This document shows, piece after piece, positions 24,570 to 35,015 of a stretch of DNA of 64,000 bases (the first letter of the stretch is position 1; each line of letters starts with the position of its first letter). A model generated the notes under the pieces. It had not been told where the DNA came from and searched no databases. It saw nothing but the letters and a program-made list of their open reading frames with translations. This DNA comes from Psammoneis japonica (lineage: Eukaryota), in assembly GCA_008632985.1 (NCBI GenBank), contig QPGO01000217.1:1-64000 (forward strand), read 5' to 3'. The translations under genes were made by a program, and so were the position numbers.

Positions 24570-24739
24570 GCGACCAAAACTGTCGAGTTGTTGCTTTGCT
24601 CTTCGGAAGAATGAGAGGTGCAACGGGGAAAACAATCGTCCCGAGGTCAGAGGGTCATTTTCAACGGCTTTTCTGTGGGGTAACGATGACCAACGGCATC
24701 ACAGGCCCCTCTCGTCCGTTGGACTTTTCGAGGACAGTG
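24570..24739 (-). repeat. Ngaro split direct repeat A1 (matches A2, 13083-13250)
   Basis: ttgttgctttgctcttcggaagaatgagaggtgcaa...tctcgtccgttggacttttc is present in both copies. Confidence 0.93.
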
Positions 24740-24871
24740 TAATTTTTGGCCCCACCAATCCATTCCATCCAATCCAAAAAGTCCGTTCGATGGTCTGTAC
24801 GTCCTTCCGATCATCGCCAACGAGATGAACATCAACCGGAGAGCGAGATAAAGAGGAGTGGCAGGACGACC

Positions 24872-26797
24872 ATGGCATCGAAGAACGGCAAAGATGGGGC
24901 TTGGAAACACTTCTGCACCGTATTGAACCTTTCTGATACAGAGGTTATGGCCCTCGAAGAAGAAAAAGTCGATTCGCCCGAATCGTGGTATGAGTATGGA
25001 GAAGGGTGGATGGTAGAGGAACAGCAGGAAAAAAGCATGTTTGATTTCGACAGAAAGGGTCAAATAAAATTCCTTTCCCGGCAGCGTTTGAAAAAAGCTT
25101 GGTTCTGGTTGTACGAATATAAGGAGGCGCGAAGGGGTGGAGAATTTTGCAATGCCTTCTTGGCAGATTCTTATCAGGACGGAAATGAGGAAAGGAAACG
25201 TAAATTCCTTCAACAACACGGCAGACGCGACGACGAGAACAGACAGCGAAAAAGACCTGCTTTGGAAACCAAGTCGAGTCGAATGAGTGCGTCAAGTTTT
25301 ACGGCGGACTCTAAGCACACGCTGGAGGGAGTTGGTACACTACCCCCTCACCCCTACGAGCACATGATTCCTTCTCACGTTCGGGAACTCTTCCTGGGGC
25401 TCGTTGATGAAGTCGATCCGGAATGTGACCGAGTCCGGACAATCACGGAGTTCTTCCGTGATAGAGGGGATGGATACAACCTTAAGTCGATAGGTGAAAC
25501 ACTGGGGGATCGGTCTGTTCAAAAGGATTTGCTTGACGGTCTTGTTGAAACTGGCGTGTTCAACAAGCGCGTCACGACAGAACGCAAGTACAACGATGAC
25601 CTTCCCATTGCAGATCGGGCAAGAACTCTGAAGGACCTTGATTTAGATGGTGGCGTGGCAACTTGTGGAAGTCCTCCTGATGGGTACTTTCATTCGAAGC
25701 TACTCTCTTCAAAGACACTGGGGGACAGGCATGTTCTTGTTGCGGGTATTTTCGAGTGCAAGGGTTCAGAGAGCAGTGTTCTTCGGGGTGCTGGGGAGGC
25801 AACTGCAATTGCGTCGAATGCCGCCATGGCGTTGTTCAAGATTGGTCTTCCCGTAACAGAGATTGTGATTCCAATCTTATCCTTCACGGGCACTCAAGTT
25901 CAGTTTGCGGCCGTCTATCTACTCGAACACAGCTTTCCCGCGGTGTGTTTCTTAAGTCTTCCGCTGCAAGTACAGACGGAAAGTATTCGTGTCGCAAAGT
26001 ACCTTTGTGCAATGCTCGACTTTACGGTGCAACTTGAAGTAAATGTCTCTCGCAAACACGAAGCAGGTGAACTTGTCTCTCGGAAGCAATACAAGATGGA
26101 ATTGTCGCCAGAGATGTATTACTGGAAGAAAATGGATCAATTCTTTGCATGTTACGATGGCGATCCGTCAAAGGAGAGGTCATTGAATCATTTTTTGCGC
26201 GTCACGGAAAAGCTGAAGGGTTTGAAAACAGTCTGTCTGCCCCGCACTGTCAGATTGGGCGAAACCAGGGGAGGCACCAAGTCAGCGGATATCGTTGTCT
26301 TTGATATGTTGGCTGGATACAATATTGGGTTTCCTAATGATGAAGCCGACCGACAGTCACTGCTGGAAGCAATGCGTGCAGTCGTCTCCGATCTCCACGC
26401 ATTGCATGTTGTCCATATGGACCTCTATCTATCAAACATCATGTGGAAAAAACTCGACGATGGGTCGTTCGATGTCAAGCTCATTGATTTTGATGCGGCA
26501 CAAGCCTTAGACGATAGACTTCTTACAGATAATGTTCGCAAACGCTTGGTCGAGAACGAAACAGACCTATTTGCTTTGTTTGGTCCAAGACCCACGGAGG
26601 CATATGACACGATTTATCTCGATTTGTATGAACAAAATTCAGATGATCTCGACCTTCGAGTAGTGAGGAAAGGAGAGAGTGGTTCAAACAAAGACGACGT
26701 AAAAGAACGTCTTGATAGGCGATGCACGGAGCTAAAAAAGGATTTTGTGGTGGCATTGAAGTCAGCTAGATCCGGGAAATCTAGCACTGCTGCATGA
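24872..26797 (+). CDS. Crinkler-like protein: putative PD-(D/E)xK restriction-endonuclease-fold domain plus C-terminal protein-kinase-fold domain (641 aa)
   Basis: Intronless, intact ORF with normal Tyr content. PPDGYF...AGIFECKG is REase-like; LHALHVVHMDLYLSNIMW and VKLIDFD match the kinase catalytic loop and DFx motif. Confidence 0.75.
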   Translation: MASKNGKDGAWKHFCTVLNLSDTEVMALEEEKVDSPESWYEYGEGWMVEEQQEKSMFDFDRKGQIKFLSRQRLKKAWFWLYEYKEARRGGEFCNAFLADSYQDGNEERKRKFLQQHGRRDDENRQRKRPALETKSSRMSASSFTADSKHTLEGVGTLPPHPYEHMIPSHVRELFLGLVDEVDPECDRVRTITEFFRDRGDGYNLKSIGETLGDRSVQKDLLDGLVETGVFNKRVTTERKYNDDLPIADRARTLKDLDLDGGVATCGSPPDGYFHSKLLSSKTLGDRHVLVAGIFECKGSESSVLRGAGEATAIASNAAMALFKIGLPVTEIVIPILSFTGTQVQFAAVYLLEHSFPAVCFLSLPLQVQTESIRVAKYLCAMLDFTVQLEVNVSRKHEAGELVSRKQYKMELSPEMYYWKKMDQFFACYDGDPSKERSLNHFLRVTEKLKGLKTVCLPRTVRLGETRGGTKSADIVVFDMLAGYNIGFPNDEADRQSLLEAMRAVVSDLHALHVVHMDLYLSNIMWKKLDDGSFDVKLIDFDAAQALDDRLLTDNVRKRLVENETDLFALFGPRPTEAYDTIYLDLYEQNSDDLDLRVVRKGESGSNKDDVKERLDRRCTELKKDFVVALKSARSGKSSTAA

Positions 26798-27974
26798 AGG
26801 AAAGTAGAAGCTGCCTTGAGGAAATATTATACACACTCCGTTAAAAGCAGAGGCTTCCCGGAACACAGAGTTCATGTCCCTGGCATTGGACACGTCCCAA
26901 GCGGACATGTTGGGAAAAAGTCGCGGCACCGTGGAACATCCCACTCATGTGCACACCTTTTCTTGTAGCTGTCTTTATTGAGGGCTATGCAGCGCGGACG
27001 GACCAGGACTCGTTCCTATTGGAGCAGCAGATGATCAGTACAAAAAAGTATAGGAATTACGTATACTTAGTCAGTCTTAACCTCCATCCTCCTCCTTCGT
27101 CCTGGACTCACTCTAAAATCCGCTTCCTATAGAAGAGAGACACGTTTCGAGTGCAACGACGATGCTGTAAAAGGAAGCAGGGAAACTAACTACTAGATTG
27201 CATGCACTGCTATGATCACTTTTCATCCTCCCTTCCATCTAAACTCGAAAGCATTGTTAGACTGATCTTTTGCTCGATATAGCCGATGTGCGGCGAGCAG
27301 TTCGTTCGCAGCAAGTGTGTCAGATCTGCAACTTTGCACCGAAGGTGGAACACTTCACGATATGAGCGCACAACTTCGTCGCTCAAAGATTCTGTGTTTT
27401 CTCCCTCAAGCAAAGCCTCTGTGTTGACATTGCAGGGCTCGACTTCGGAGAAAGATGGCCGACATGACGTGTGCTTCTGACTAATTCCATTAATGCAATG
27501 ATCAATTCCAGTGAGCATCAGTGCATCGATCACAAAGCCTTTTGCCGCTTTGCCGATTTGACCATCTGCAAGTGTGATTGCCACAATGGCTGTTAAGAAG
27601 AACCATCCTAGATCTGTCTGGCAGCAATGCTCTTGACCTCGTTAAATTTCTTTTCTTCCAAAGGAAATTAGTGCATCAGCTTGCAGCTTACATGAACTGC
27701 ATCTTTCATCTCATCAGACATGGCTCCACTCAATTCACAAGCTGTCTGCACCACAGTGTGCAGAAATATGTTGTGCAGTTGGGCACAACAAATGTCACCT
27801 GCCTGACAGGCCCAAACAAACTGGGAAATTCCAACTTTTCCCTCTTTGGTGCCATCAATTTGGGGATCAATTTTGGCTCCAGCATCACCAGAACAAAGAG
27901 GCTTGAATGTGTAAATGCCACAGCTTCCAGTGAGGCTTTTGCAAAACTCAAGACCACGCACAGAATTTCCTTCT

Positions 27975-29450
27975 TGCTTGTTTGAAAGAGGTGAAAACAA
28001 TGTGGTTTGAGAGGCTTGTGTGGCATGCGCAGGAAGGTTTGTAAGCCTTGCCAATTGGGTTGCCTGGTTGTCACACACTTCATCATGTCATGAGATGACT
28101 GGGCCACCCTTCTTGTTGCACTGAACAGTGTGATTGATGGAGAATTGCAGCCACATCCATCACAGTGCTCGTGGAGGTCTGGTGGAGTGCCGCCATGCCA
28201 CAAAAAGAGTGGGCCACAGAACTCTTGCATTGAAAGTTCAAGGATCTGACATCCCTGCATCAACAAATGATGTGAAAAGACTTGCATCACAATGCAGAAC
28301 ACTGGCCACTGTGGCCACTGTGAGCTCTCACAGTCACAGACATCCATGTGCTGCCTGACAAAATGACAAGCATGGTGAAAATGCAAGTGAAAAAAAAAGA
28401 ACACAATTGTGAGTCACTGGCATGTGCATCACAGCAAACTCATTGGGGCCCCTTCTAAAGGCAGCTCTGAGTGATCCTGCTAAATTTTGCAGCCCCAAGA
28501 AGTGTTGCCAGTGGTTCATGGCATCCATGCACATCCCAGAGGAGGAGGCCAGTCAGCAGGAAGAGTCTGGCAAAGCAATCCTCCCTTTCTCTCCATTTTG
28601 CCCAGCACAAAGCCCAGACTCTCACAGCTGCAATGCCAAGATTTTCCAAAACAATGTGGATGATGTCATGTCTCAGACCATGGTGAAGACAATGTGTGGT
28701 TGCATGGCAGGAAGAAAGGGTTGGGGAAGGACCAGACACCTGCACACCGCGTGAACAAGACACACAAAAAGGCTTGCAAGGCATGTGAGTTTCATCAAAA
28801 CACTCCTAAAACTCAATCAACCACAATTGATGTGCTCACAGGGTTGCCTTCTTTGGACTTCAGCAAGGCTGTCTGACAAATTCCAGTGTGATCAGCATCC
28901 CCTGGGCTCCATCGAATTTGGTGGTGTGACAGCCAAAAAATGACATGCCGTCATCATGGGCTGACCAAGACCCCAAGAAGAATGTCAAGCACATCACAAA
29001 TCCATCTTGATGTTCACAACAGGTGCACTGAAGGACGCAGAATGGGACGAAGCATGTGAGGCTCCCAAATGCCCAAATGGATGATGCACCCTGGTGGCAC
29101 AAACACCGTGAAAAAGATGCCAACATCATGGACACAGTGACCAGCCATGCAAGATGATCAGCCAACCTTGAAAGCTGCAACAAAAAGCAAAAATGATCTT
29201 TGGCGAATGTGAAAACGATGTGAAATGAGAAAACACAGAAAGAACGACTTGTCATGGCAACGTCGTCGACCACTCGGGTTTCACTGGAAGCCAGAAGCAA
29301 TCAAGCCATGAGTCCAGGCACACAACTGTTTGTGCCATGTGTCACAACCAAAGCCACCCAGGAAACCAAACAAATGCATTTCACCCATGAAATGTGCATC
29401 GACCTTGTGATGTTTGCCAGGTCCAGACATGTCAAAGTGCAGCATGCCAG
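27975..29450 (-). mobile_element. Degenerate CRE-like non-LTR retrotransposon fragment
   Basis: ELSMQEFCGPLFLWHGGTPPDLHEHCDGCG matches the LSxxEFRDAxxLRYGxxPxxLPxxCDGCG pre-zinc-knuckle motif of CRE/RLE elements; 28239-29450 is repeated at 6575-7940. Confidence 0.6.
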
Positions 29451-30086
29451 GTGCATGAGGAGAGTGGCACGTGTTCAACTGCACAATGTGTGAAAAATTT
29501 TACATGGATTGTGTAAAAAATGACAATGGGAATCATTCAAAAATGTCACAAGAGTCATGATCATCATCTCACATGAGAAAAAGTGCCAAATCGGTGCCGT
29601 GCGGAAATGTGGTGCATTGTGTCATTGTGCGAGAGAGTGGCTGGAGCTCTGCTGACTTTGCGGAAACTCAGCTGAAATGTCGATCTTGTCAAAGGCATTT
29701 TGATTTGTGTGGCAAAGAGCAACACCTTTGATCAGACAACATTTCAATTGATTTCCAGAGAAGTTGACATTCGAGTGGGGACAGGCGGACATCAAAGTGC
29801 AACATGCCGTTTTTTCATGCCACAGGGACACACGGCATTTTGTCGCATTTGGCGACATTTTCTTGGATGAATTGATGGTTTGTCGCGAAAAGACGCGAAT
29901 TGCGACAAAATGTCCGGGTTGGCAACAAACGGGACAGAAACATTGTTTGATCAAGCGATGAAATGATCAGTGTCATTTGTGACCAACCTGCACTTTGGCG
30001 ATGTCGTTTCAACAAGTGGGGCAATTGACAGAATTTGGCGATCAATGTCATCGATGAAAATTCATCCGACAAAATTTGTCGGCATG

Positions 30087-30185
30087 CGACACAACACACG
30101 ACACGACAAGACACAACAAGACACGACAAGACACGACACGACACGTCACATCACGTCACATCACATCACATCATGACACGACGAC
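30087..30185. repeat. Compound pentanucleotide microsatellite (ACACG/ACAAG/ATCAC)
   Basis: Seen directly in the sequence. Confidence 0.9.
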
Positions 30186-30437
30186 TCACGAACGAAGTCA
30201 AACACCCACGCCCCCCCCCCCCCCCGCACACTGCACCGGGACAACGTCGCACGCTTCTGCACAATGGAGCGGAGTGCACCGGCATGCACTGCTGTGCTGC
30301 ACCTTTTGTCAGCAGGCAGCTGGCTCTCTTGCAAACGGCAGGCGAATCTCGTGGAGACAGCACGTACGTCCATACGACTGGGCACTTCTGAATGTTGGGG
30401 AGCGTCATCATGTCGGCACCCATGTCGCAAACGTCCG

Positions 30438-30582
30438 TCTGTCGGCGTTTGTCGGCGTTTGTCGGCTCTTGTCGGCGTTTGTCGTATGTTGTCGGGGTTT
30501 GTCGGATACGACAAAATTTGTCGCACGTCCGACAAAATTTGTCGTACGTCCGACAAAATTTGTCGTACGTTCGACAAAATCG
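30438..30582. repeat. 10-bp (tgtcggcgtt) and 21-bp (cgacaaaatttgtcgtacgtc) tandem repeats with near-palindromic units
   Basis: About 6 units of 10 bp, then about 3.5 units of 21 bp containing CGACAAAATTTGTCG. Confidence 0.9.
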
Positions 30583-30763
30583 CCAAAACATTAATTAGAA
30601 AGTACAGTCTTCGCCGAAAGTTAAATTCATCATATAGCACTGTAGTTGACATTATTTTTCCCGCGGAACCGTGGACACCCTGCGAACCCCAAATATTTTT
30701 TTAGCTCGCAAAACTTTTTTTGCTTTTTTGCTGCCAACCCTCTCCGACACCCATTTTTCAACA

Positions 30764-31870
30764 ATGAGCACCTGGTTTCATCACTACGCGACCCTAGCTG
30801 GCCTAGAAACCAACGCCCATGGTGGCGTGTATGCCCCTGGTAAGGCCTATAGCATAGAAAAGAAAATTGAATTAGCAAACGCGTATTTTGAGCTCCTGGA
30901 ATCTACAGGTGAAAAGCCGTCCGGACGCGCCTTGGCGAAGGCGGTCAAAGTATCTCCCACTTGGGCCCTCAAGGTCGTTGACGAGCTGCTCAGCGACGAT
31001 GGATTGATTGATCCGAATCATCAACGACCTCAGCGTCTAAAGGGTCCAGGCGCCAAAACGATCGACTCTCTTGACATGCTCACACTGGTGTTGCTGCTTC
31101 GAGAATGCCCGAGTCGGACACTTTCAAATTATCAGACGGAACTGTTCAACAGGACAGGTACACTTGTATCCATCAGCACTCTCCACCGCTTTTGGAAAGA
31201 CGGTTTTGACACAAAGGCAAATCTCCGTAAAACCGACAAGGTCCCCATTGACAAATGCAAGCCTGAAAACATCCAACGAGCGATTGAATATATTCAGCTT
31301 GTGTTATCGCTGGACCATAATCGCATCAAATTTGGAGATGAAAAGTTGCTGAAGGCAGCAGAGATATTCAACAAGCGAGTCAGACGTGATCCCATTACAG
31401 GGGAGGTGTCTCCTGTCATCACCGACCCGGACTTTCGGAACACGCACACGATAATTGGATTTTGCGGTGTTGATCCAAGGTCGTATCCCATGTTCTTCAA
31501 CATCAATGATGGAACAAATGATTCAACTGCATTCGCCACTGCCATTGAAGAGGCGATTCTCTCTGCATTTTTGTTGCCTGGGGACGTTCTTGTACTCGAC
31601 AATGCTAGCATCCACGTGCATGGCGAGAACTCGGTGCTAGAAGATTGGCTCTGGGACAATTTCAACATTCATCTGCTGATGCTTCCAGCGCGCTGCCCCG
31701 AATTGAATCCTATTGAAAAGCTCTGGAGTGTATTGGTTGCAAGACTCAAGCAAATGCGGATATTGGGGACTGGGGCTGATCGGTCCGCTCATTGCGCTGC
31801 CGCCATTGTGAATGAATTCACCACGGATCTGGTGAAGAAGATGTACCGCAAATGCGGATACAATGTCTAA
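30764..31870 (+). CDS. IS630/Tc1-like DDE transposase (368 aa, DD38E)
   Basis: N-terminal HTH-like segments (SGRALAKAVKVSPTWALKVV; VSISTLHRFWK); catalytic IKFGDEK, VLDNASIH, LPARCPELNPIEKLW; 38 residues counted between D2 and E. Confidence 0.93.
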   Translation: MSTWFHHYATLAGLETNAHGGVYAPGKAYSIEKKIELANAYFELLESTGEKPSGRALAKAVKVSPTWALKVVDELLSDDGLIDPNHQRPQRLKGPGAKTIDSLDMLTLVLLLRECPSRTLSNYQTELFNRTGTLVSISTLHRFWKDGFDTKANLRKTDKVPIDKCKPENIQRAIEYIQLVLSLDHNRIKFGDEKLLKAAEIFNKRVRRDPITGEVSPVITDPDFRNTHTIIGFCGVDPRSYPMFFNINDGTNDSTAFATAIEEAILSAFLLPGDVLVLDNASIHVHGENSVLEDWLWDNFNIHLLMLPARCPELNPIEKLWSVLVARLKQMRILGTGADRSAHCAAAIVNEFTTDLVKKMYRKCGYNV

Positions 31871-32636
31871 CAGCATTGTAGTGTAAAACTTAGAAATATT
31901 TTCAACTGACTAGCTTGATACCCATGCGTTATATGATACTAATATAAAGTTCTAGATACGGAAGCTTTTGGGTAGAAGATGACCACTGTCTCGTGAAATG
32001 CTTTCAAGCTCAACAAAGTTGCTCAACGAAAAGTTGGCTCTATTTTCCAATACCCAATATCATGAACAATACATACCTATTCCATTCTCGCAAGACATTG
32101 GCTTAGAGACTAGGAGACTGACAATGCTCGTTTCTTGGGTATTTCTGTCTCTCTGGCGGGGTCAAAGTTTTTCTATTTACTGTGTCAACGATTCAAATCG
32201 AATGGATCAAATTTCAATCCCGAATCGTGACTCGTTCAATCGAACAAGTCAACAGCCATTCCCGACTCGTGATTCGAAGTCACGAGTGAAGAAAAGCTAC
32301 CGATTTCGAGATTGTAATCGCCGAGATGGACCATACTACCATCCACACCAACCCTAATTCATAACTAAACTTGTCTATCACATTTGAATCTCGTCTTTCC
32401 AACAAATATACCAGAGATCTAATACAGTTACAGTTGATTTATAGGACGTCTTCGTCCGACTCAATGTAACAAGGACAGCGCGCATTCAAGGAAAGAGCAA
32501 AGAATAGCAAAGCAAACAGTCGATTCACTCGGAGGATACAGAGGATCAACAATATACACCTGGCATAGACTTTGATCTCCTGCCAGCAGGTAAGACAGAT
32601 TGGCTTGGTCCAACAAGAAGAGTCAGTCTACACGCT

Positions 32637-34584
32637 TCATAGATCCGGGGTCTGAGCGTGATTGACAGTCGGGGGGGAACTTTCCGCTCCTGCGGCTGAT
32701 GGCATTCCCGATTGCTCTTGAGCATGATTGCCTTGCTGCAAATTGGGACTAACTTGTAACTCTTGCTGTGTTTCTTCTTGTAGCTGCCAATGTTGATGCT
32801 GGTTCTGCTGCGACGACTGGTGGGGAGGTTGTTGCTGGTTCTGCTGCAATGGCTGACACGGCGGCGGCGGCAGTTGCGGCTGCTGGTGATCCTGGTTCTG
32901 CTGTAGTTGCTGATGCAACACCTGAGGCTGATGAGTCTGTTGGTGCTGCGGCTGCGGCGGCTGATACGGCTGCTGCTGCGGCGGCTGATACGGCTGCGGT
33001 TGCTGGTATGGTCGTTGTTGACTCTGTAGCGGTTGCTGAACAAATTGTGGAGGCTGCAGACATTGTGGAGTCGATTGAAATGGTTGATGGTGCTGCTGCT
33101 GCTGCTGCTGCTGCAAAGTTGGCTGGTAATGCTGCGGCTGGAAGGGTTGAGTGACGGTAGCCACAGACTGCTGGTATGGCTGCTGGTTTGGTAGATACGC
33201 CTGCTGATACCCTTGCTGTTGCAATAGAGGTTGACACGGGGCAGACGAATAGAGTTGTTGGTATGCCGGCGGCGCGTGAGCTTGAGGATGCTGCCCGACA
33301 TTTGCACCAACGCCTTGAAGGATGCTTTCTCGGAAGCCCGAGACATTGGAAAAACCTTGGGACAATAGTTCCATGTTCTGAGCTAGCATCTGTTGCTGAT
33401 GCTGCACCTGATGCATGTATAGAACAGCAAATAAGAGAATTATTGGTAAGAACCGGCCGGTACGCCATCGTTTTGCGACGGAAATTGGAAAACATAATAC
33501 TTACATTTGGCGGTCCCTGCGACATGGTTGAGATGTGCAATCCACCTGCTCCAACACTATTCCGCAAATCCATCATGCGCAAAGTCTTGCTATGCAGTGC
33601 CTGTGCCTTTTCTTCCTTCTTGGCATTAAGCTTGATATCAGATTTCAGCTTAGCAGCTTGAACACTATTGAATTCCTTCTGCAATTGGAGCACCTTGTTG
33701 TTTTCTGCTTCAATTCTCTTACTCTCTTTTGTAGCTTCGGTTCGTTTCGTCTTCTCGATCTCACACTGGACTTTAGCATTGAACTTGTCTCTCTCCAGTT
33801 TATCTTTGTTGCTATTCAACTTGTCACTGAGTTCTCTGACTTTGCTCCGCTCTTTCTCCAACTTGTCTTCGAGAGTCGAGCGCTTGCGCTTCACGATTGC
33901 CAGCTCGTTCTTAAGAGCAGTATTATCCTTGGAGATTTCCTTATATCGTCTCTTGACTTTCTCGCCATTCTCTATCGTTCTTTGAAGGGACGTATTGCGT
34001 TTCCGTTGACGCTCGAGCGCTGTCTCACATACCCTGGTTCGATCGATAAGGTCGTTGTATGATTCGCAGTATTCCTCCAGTTTTCCCTCATAATCTAATG
34101 CAACTTCTCGGGCTTCCTCCACATAGGATAGTACCTTTTGAGCTGCCTTATTGGACTTGGCCACTCTAATCGAGCTGAACTCGTACCCAGCCATCTGCTT
34201 TCGCTTCTTTGGCAGCGGCGGAAGTTTCTTGAGTGGGCGTGGAAGCGGCGTATCCTTCATTTTCGTTTCCTCTTCTTCCAACCAGCCGTTGTATTTTTCG
34301 TTGTCGTCCTCGTCGTCATCATGACATTGTGAATCATCATTGATGTCGGACGCAATTGGAGACGTCGAGGGAGAAGCAGAAGGTCCGCGCTCGCACCCGT
34401 TGACAAGCGAGTTATCTTCGGACGAATTTTTTGATTCAGGACTCGATACCGCGTCTAAAGAACCCTTCCAGCCTTGAGAGGATTGTTCACCAGATGGCGT
34501 ACCAGGGGGCTGCTGGTTATTATTGCCTTGGAGGCGTCTGAGGATGTGTTTCGAGCCGCCCGCCATGGTGCAACGCGTTGACAT
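32637..34584 (-). CDS. Transposon cargo protein: acidic N-terminus, long coiled coil, Gln/Pro-rich low-complexity tail (~616 aa; intron 33408-33504)
   Basis: Exon 1 34584-33505 and exon 2 33407-32637 join in frame via GTAAGT...CAG; the gene lies wholly inside the TIRs. Confidence 0.75.
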
Positions 34585-35015
34585 TCCACCGCTTTGACCG
34601 CAGCGCGAAGAAAAAAATCAGCGCGAAGAAAAAAATCTGGGTTCGCGCGCGGTGTCCACGGTTCCGCGGGAAAAATAATATTATAACGTTTGTGTTTAGG
34701 ACACGCTATCGCCAATTAAATGATGATTTTGTCATATTTATCGCCAACGATTGAAATTTGTCTCAAAGGGCATTTTTCACGACAAATCGTCCAATTCATT
34801 TGAGGGGATGTCGCAATTGGCGACAAAATGCCGTGTGTCCCAGACAATCGGGAACGTTTGAGTCCAATCGACTCATTCGACTGTCGCACTTTACCGTGGT
34901 GAACGTTTGTTTGAATTGAGGTTGCTGCCGGTGTTATGCGATGACAAGCCTGCGATTGCGATTGCCACGCACCGGCTTCTGACTTCTGACCGGCTTCATC
35001 ACCACTTTGCAAAGT

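Larger units (their letters stand above)
12933..24739 (-). mobile_element. Ngaro/PAT-type (DIRS order) tyrosine-recombinase retrotransposon, degenerate, with nested insertions
   Basis: Minus-strand order: A1 (24570-24739), gag, RT/RNaseH, YR, B1 (13259-13389), A2 (13083-13250), B2 (12933-13062). This is the canonical split-direct-repeat layout; RT and YR motifs are recognisable. Confidence 0.92.
30651..34679 (+). mobile_element. Intact IS630/Tc1/mariner-superfamily DNA transposon (~4.0 kb) with transposase and a convergent cargo gene
   Basis: Perfect 29-bp TIR ATTATTTTTCCCGCGGAACCGTGGACACC (30651-30679; 34651-34679). TA at 34679-34680 and CA at the equivalent left position, 30650-30651. Confidence 0.93.
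29825..34841. mobile_element. Non-autonomous TIR element hosting the IS630/Tc1 insertion
   Basis: Perfect 22-bp inverted repeats GGGACACACGGCATTTTGTCGC (29825-29846; 34820-34841); internal GTCG/CGAC-rich repeats; flanks ACA/AGA do not form a clean TSD. Confidence 0.7.

Noticed and set aside
1..24739. Alternative genetic code or Tyr-free proteome of an inserted virus or symbiont
   Set aside because: The depletion is frame-independent, affects non-coding LTRs, destroys catalytic residues and coexists with frameshifts. Neighbouring genes use the standard code.
1..24739. Classical fungal RIP or plain 5mC deamination as the full explanation
   Set aside because: RIP (CpA->TpA) would enrich TpA and stops, the opposite of what is seen. 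CpG deamination explains only the CG changes.
27216..27975. Minus-strand ORF fragments downstream of the kinase gene
   Set aside because: Interrupted, partly decayed and without a motif I can identify.
32180..32330. Short imperfect palindromes between transposase and cargo, considered as a possible ncRNA or guide RNA
   Set aside because: No recognisable RNA family and no TnpB/Fanzor RuvC motifs in either ORF; there is not enough evidence to call a feature.
32768..33661. Ala/Val-rich + strand ORFs and the Ala/Thr-rich tail of ORF 32749-34584
   Set aside because: Alternative-frame readings of CAG-rich polyQ sequence; the intron at 33408-33504 gives the more plausible Gln-rich frame.
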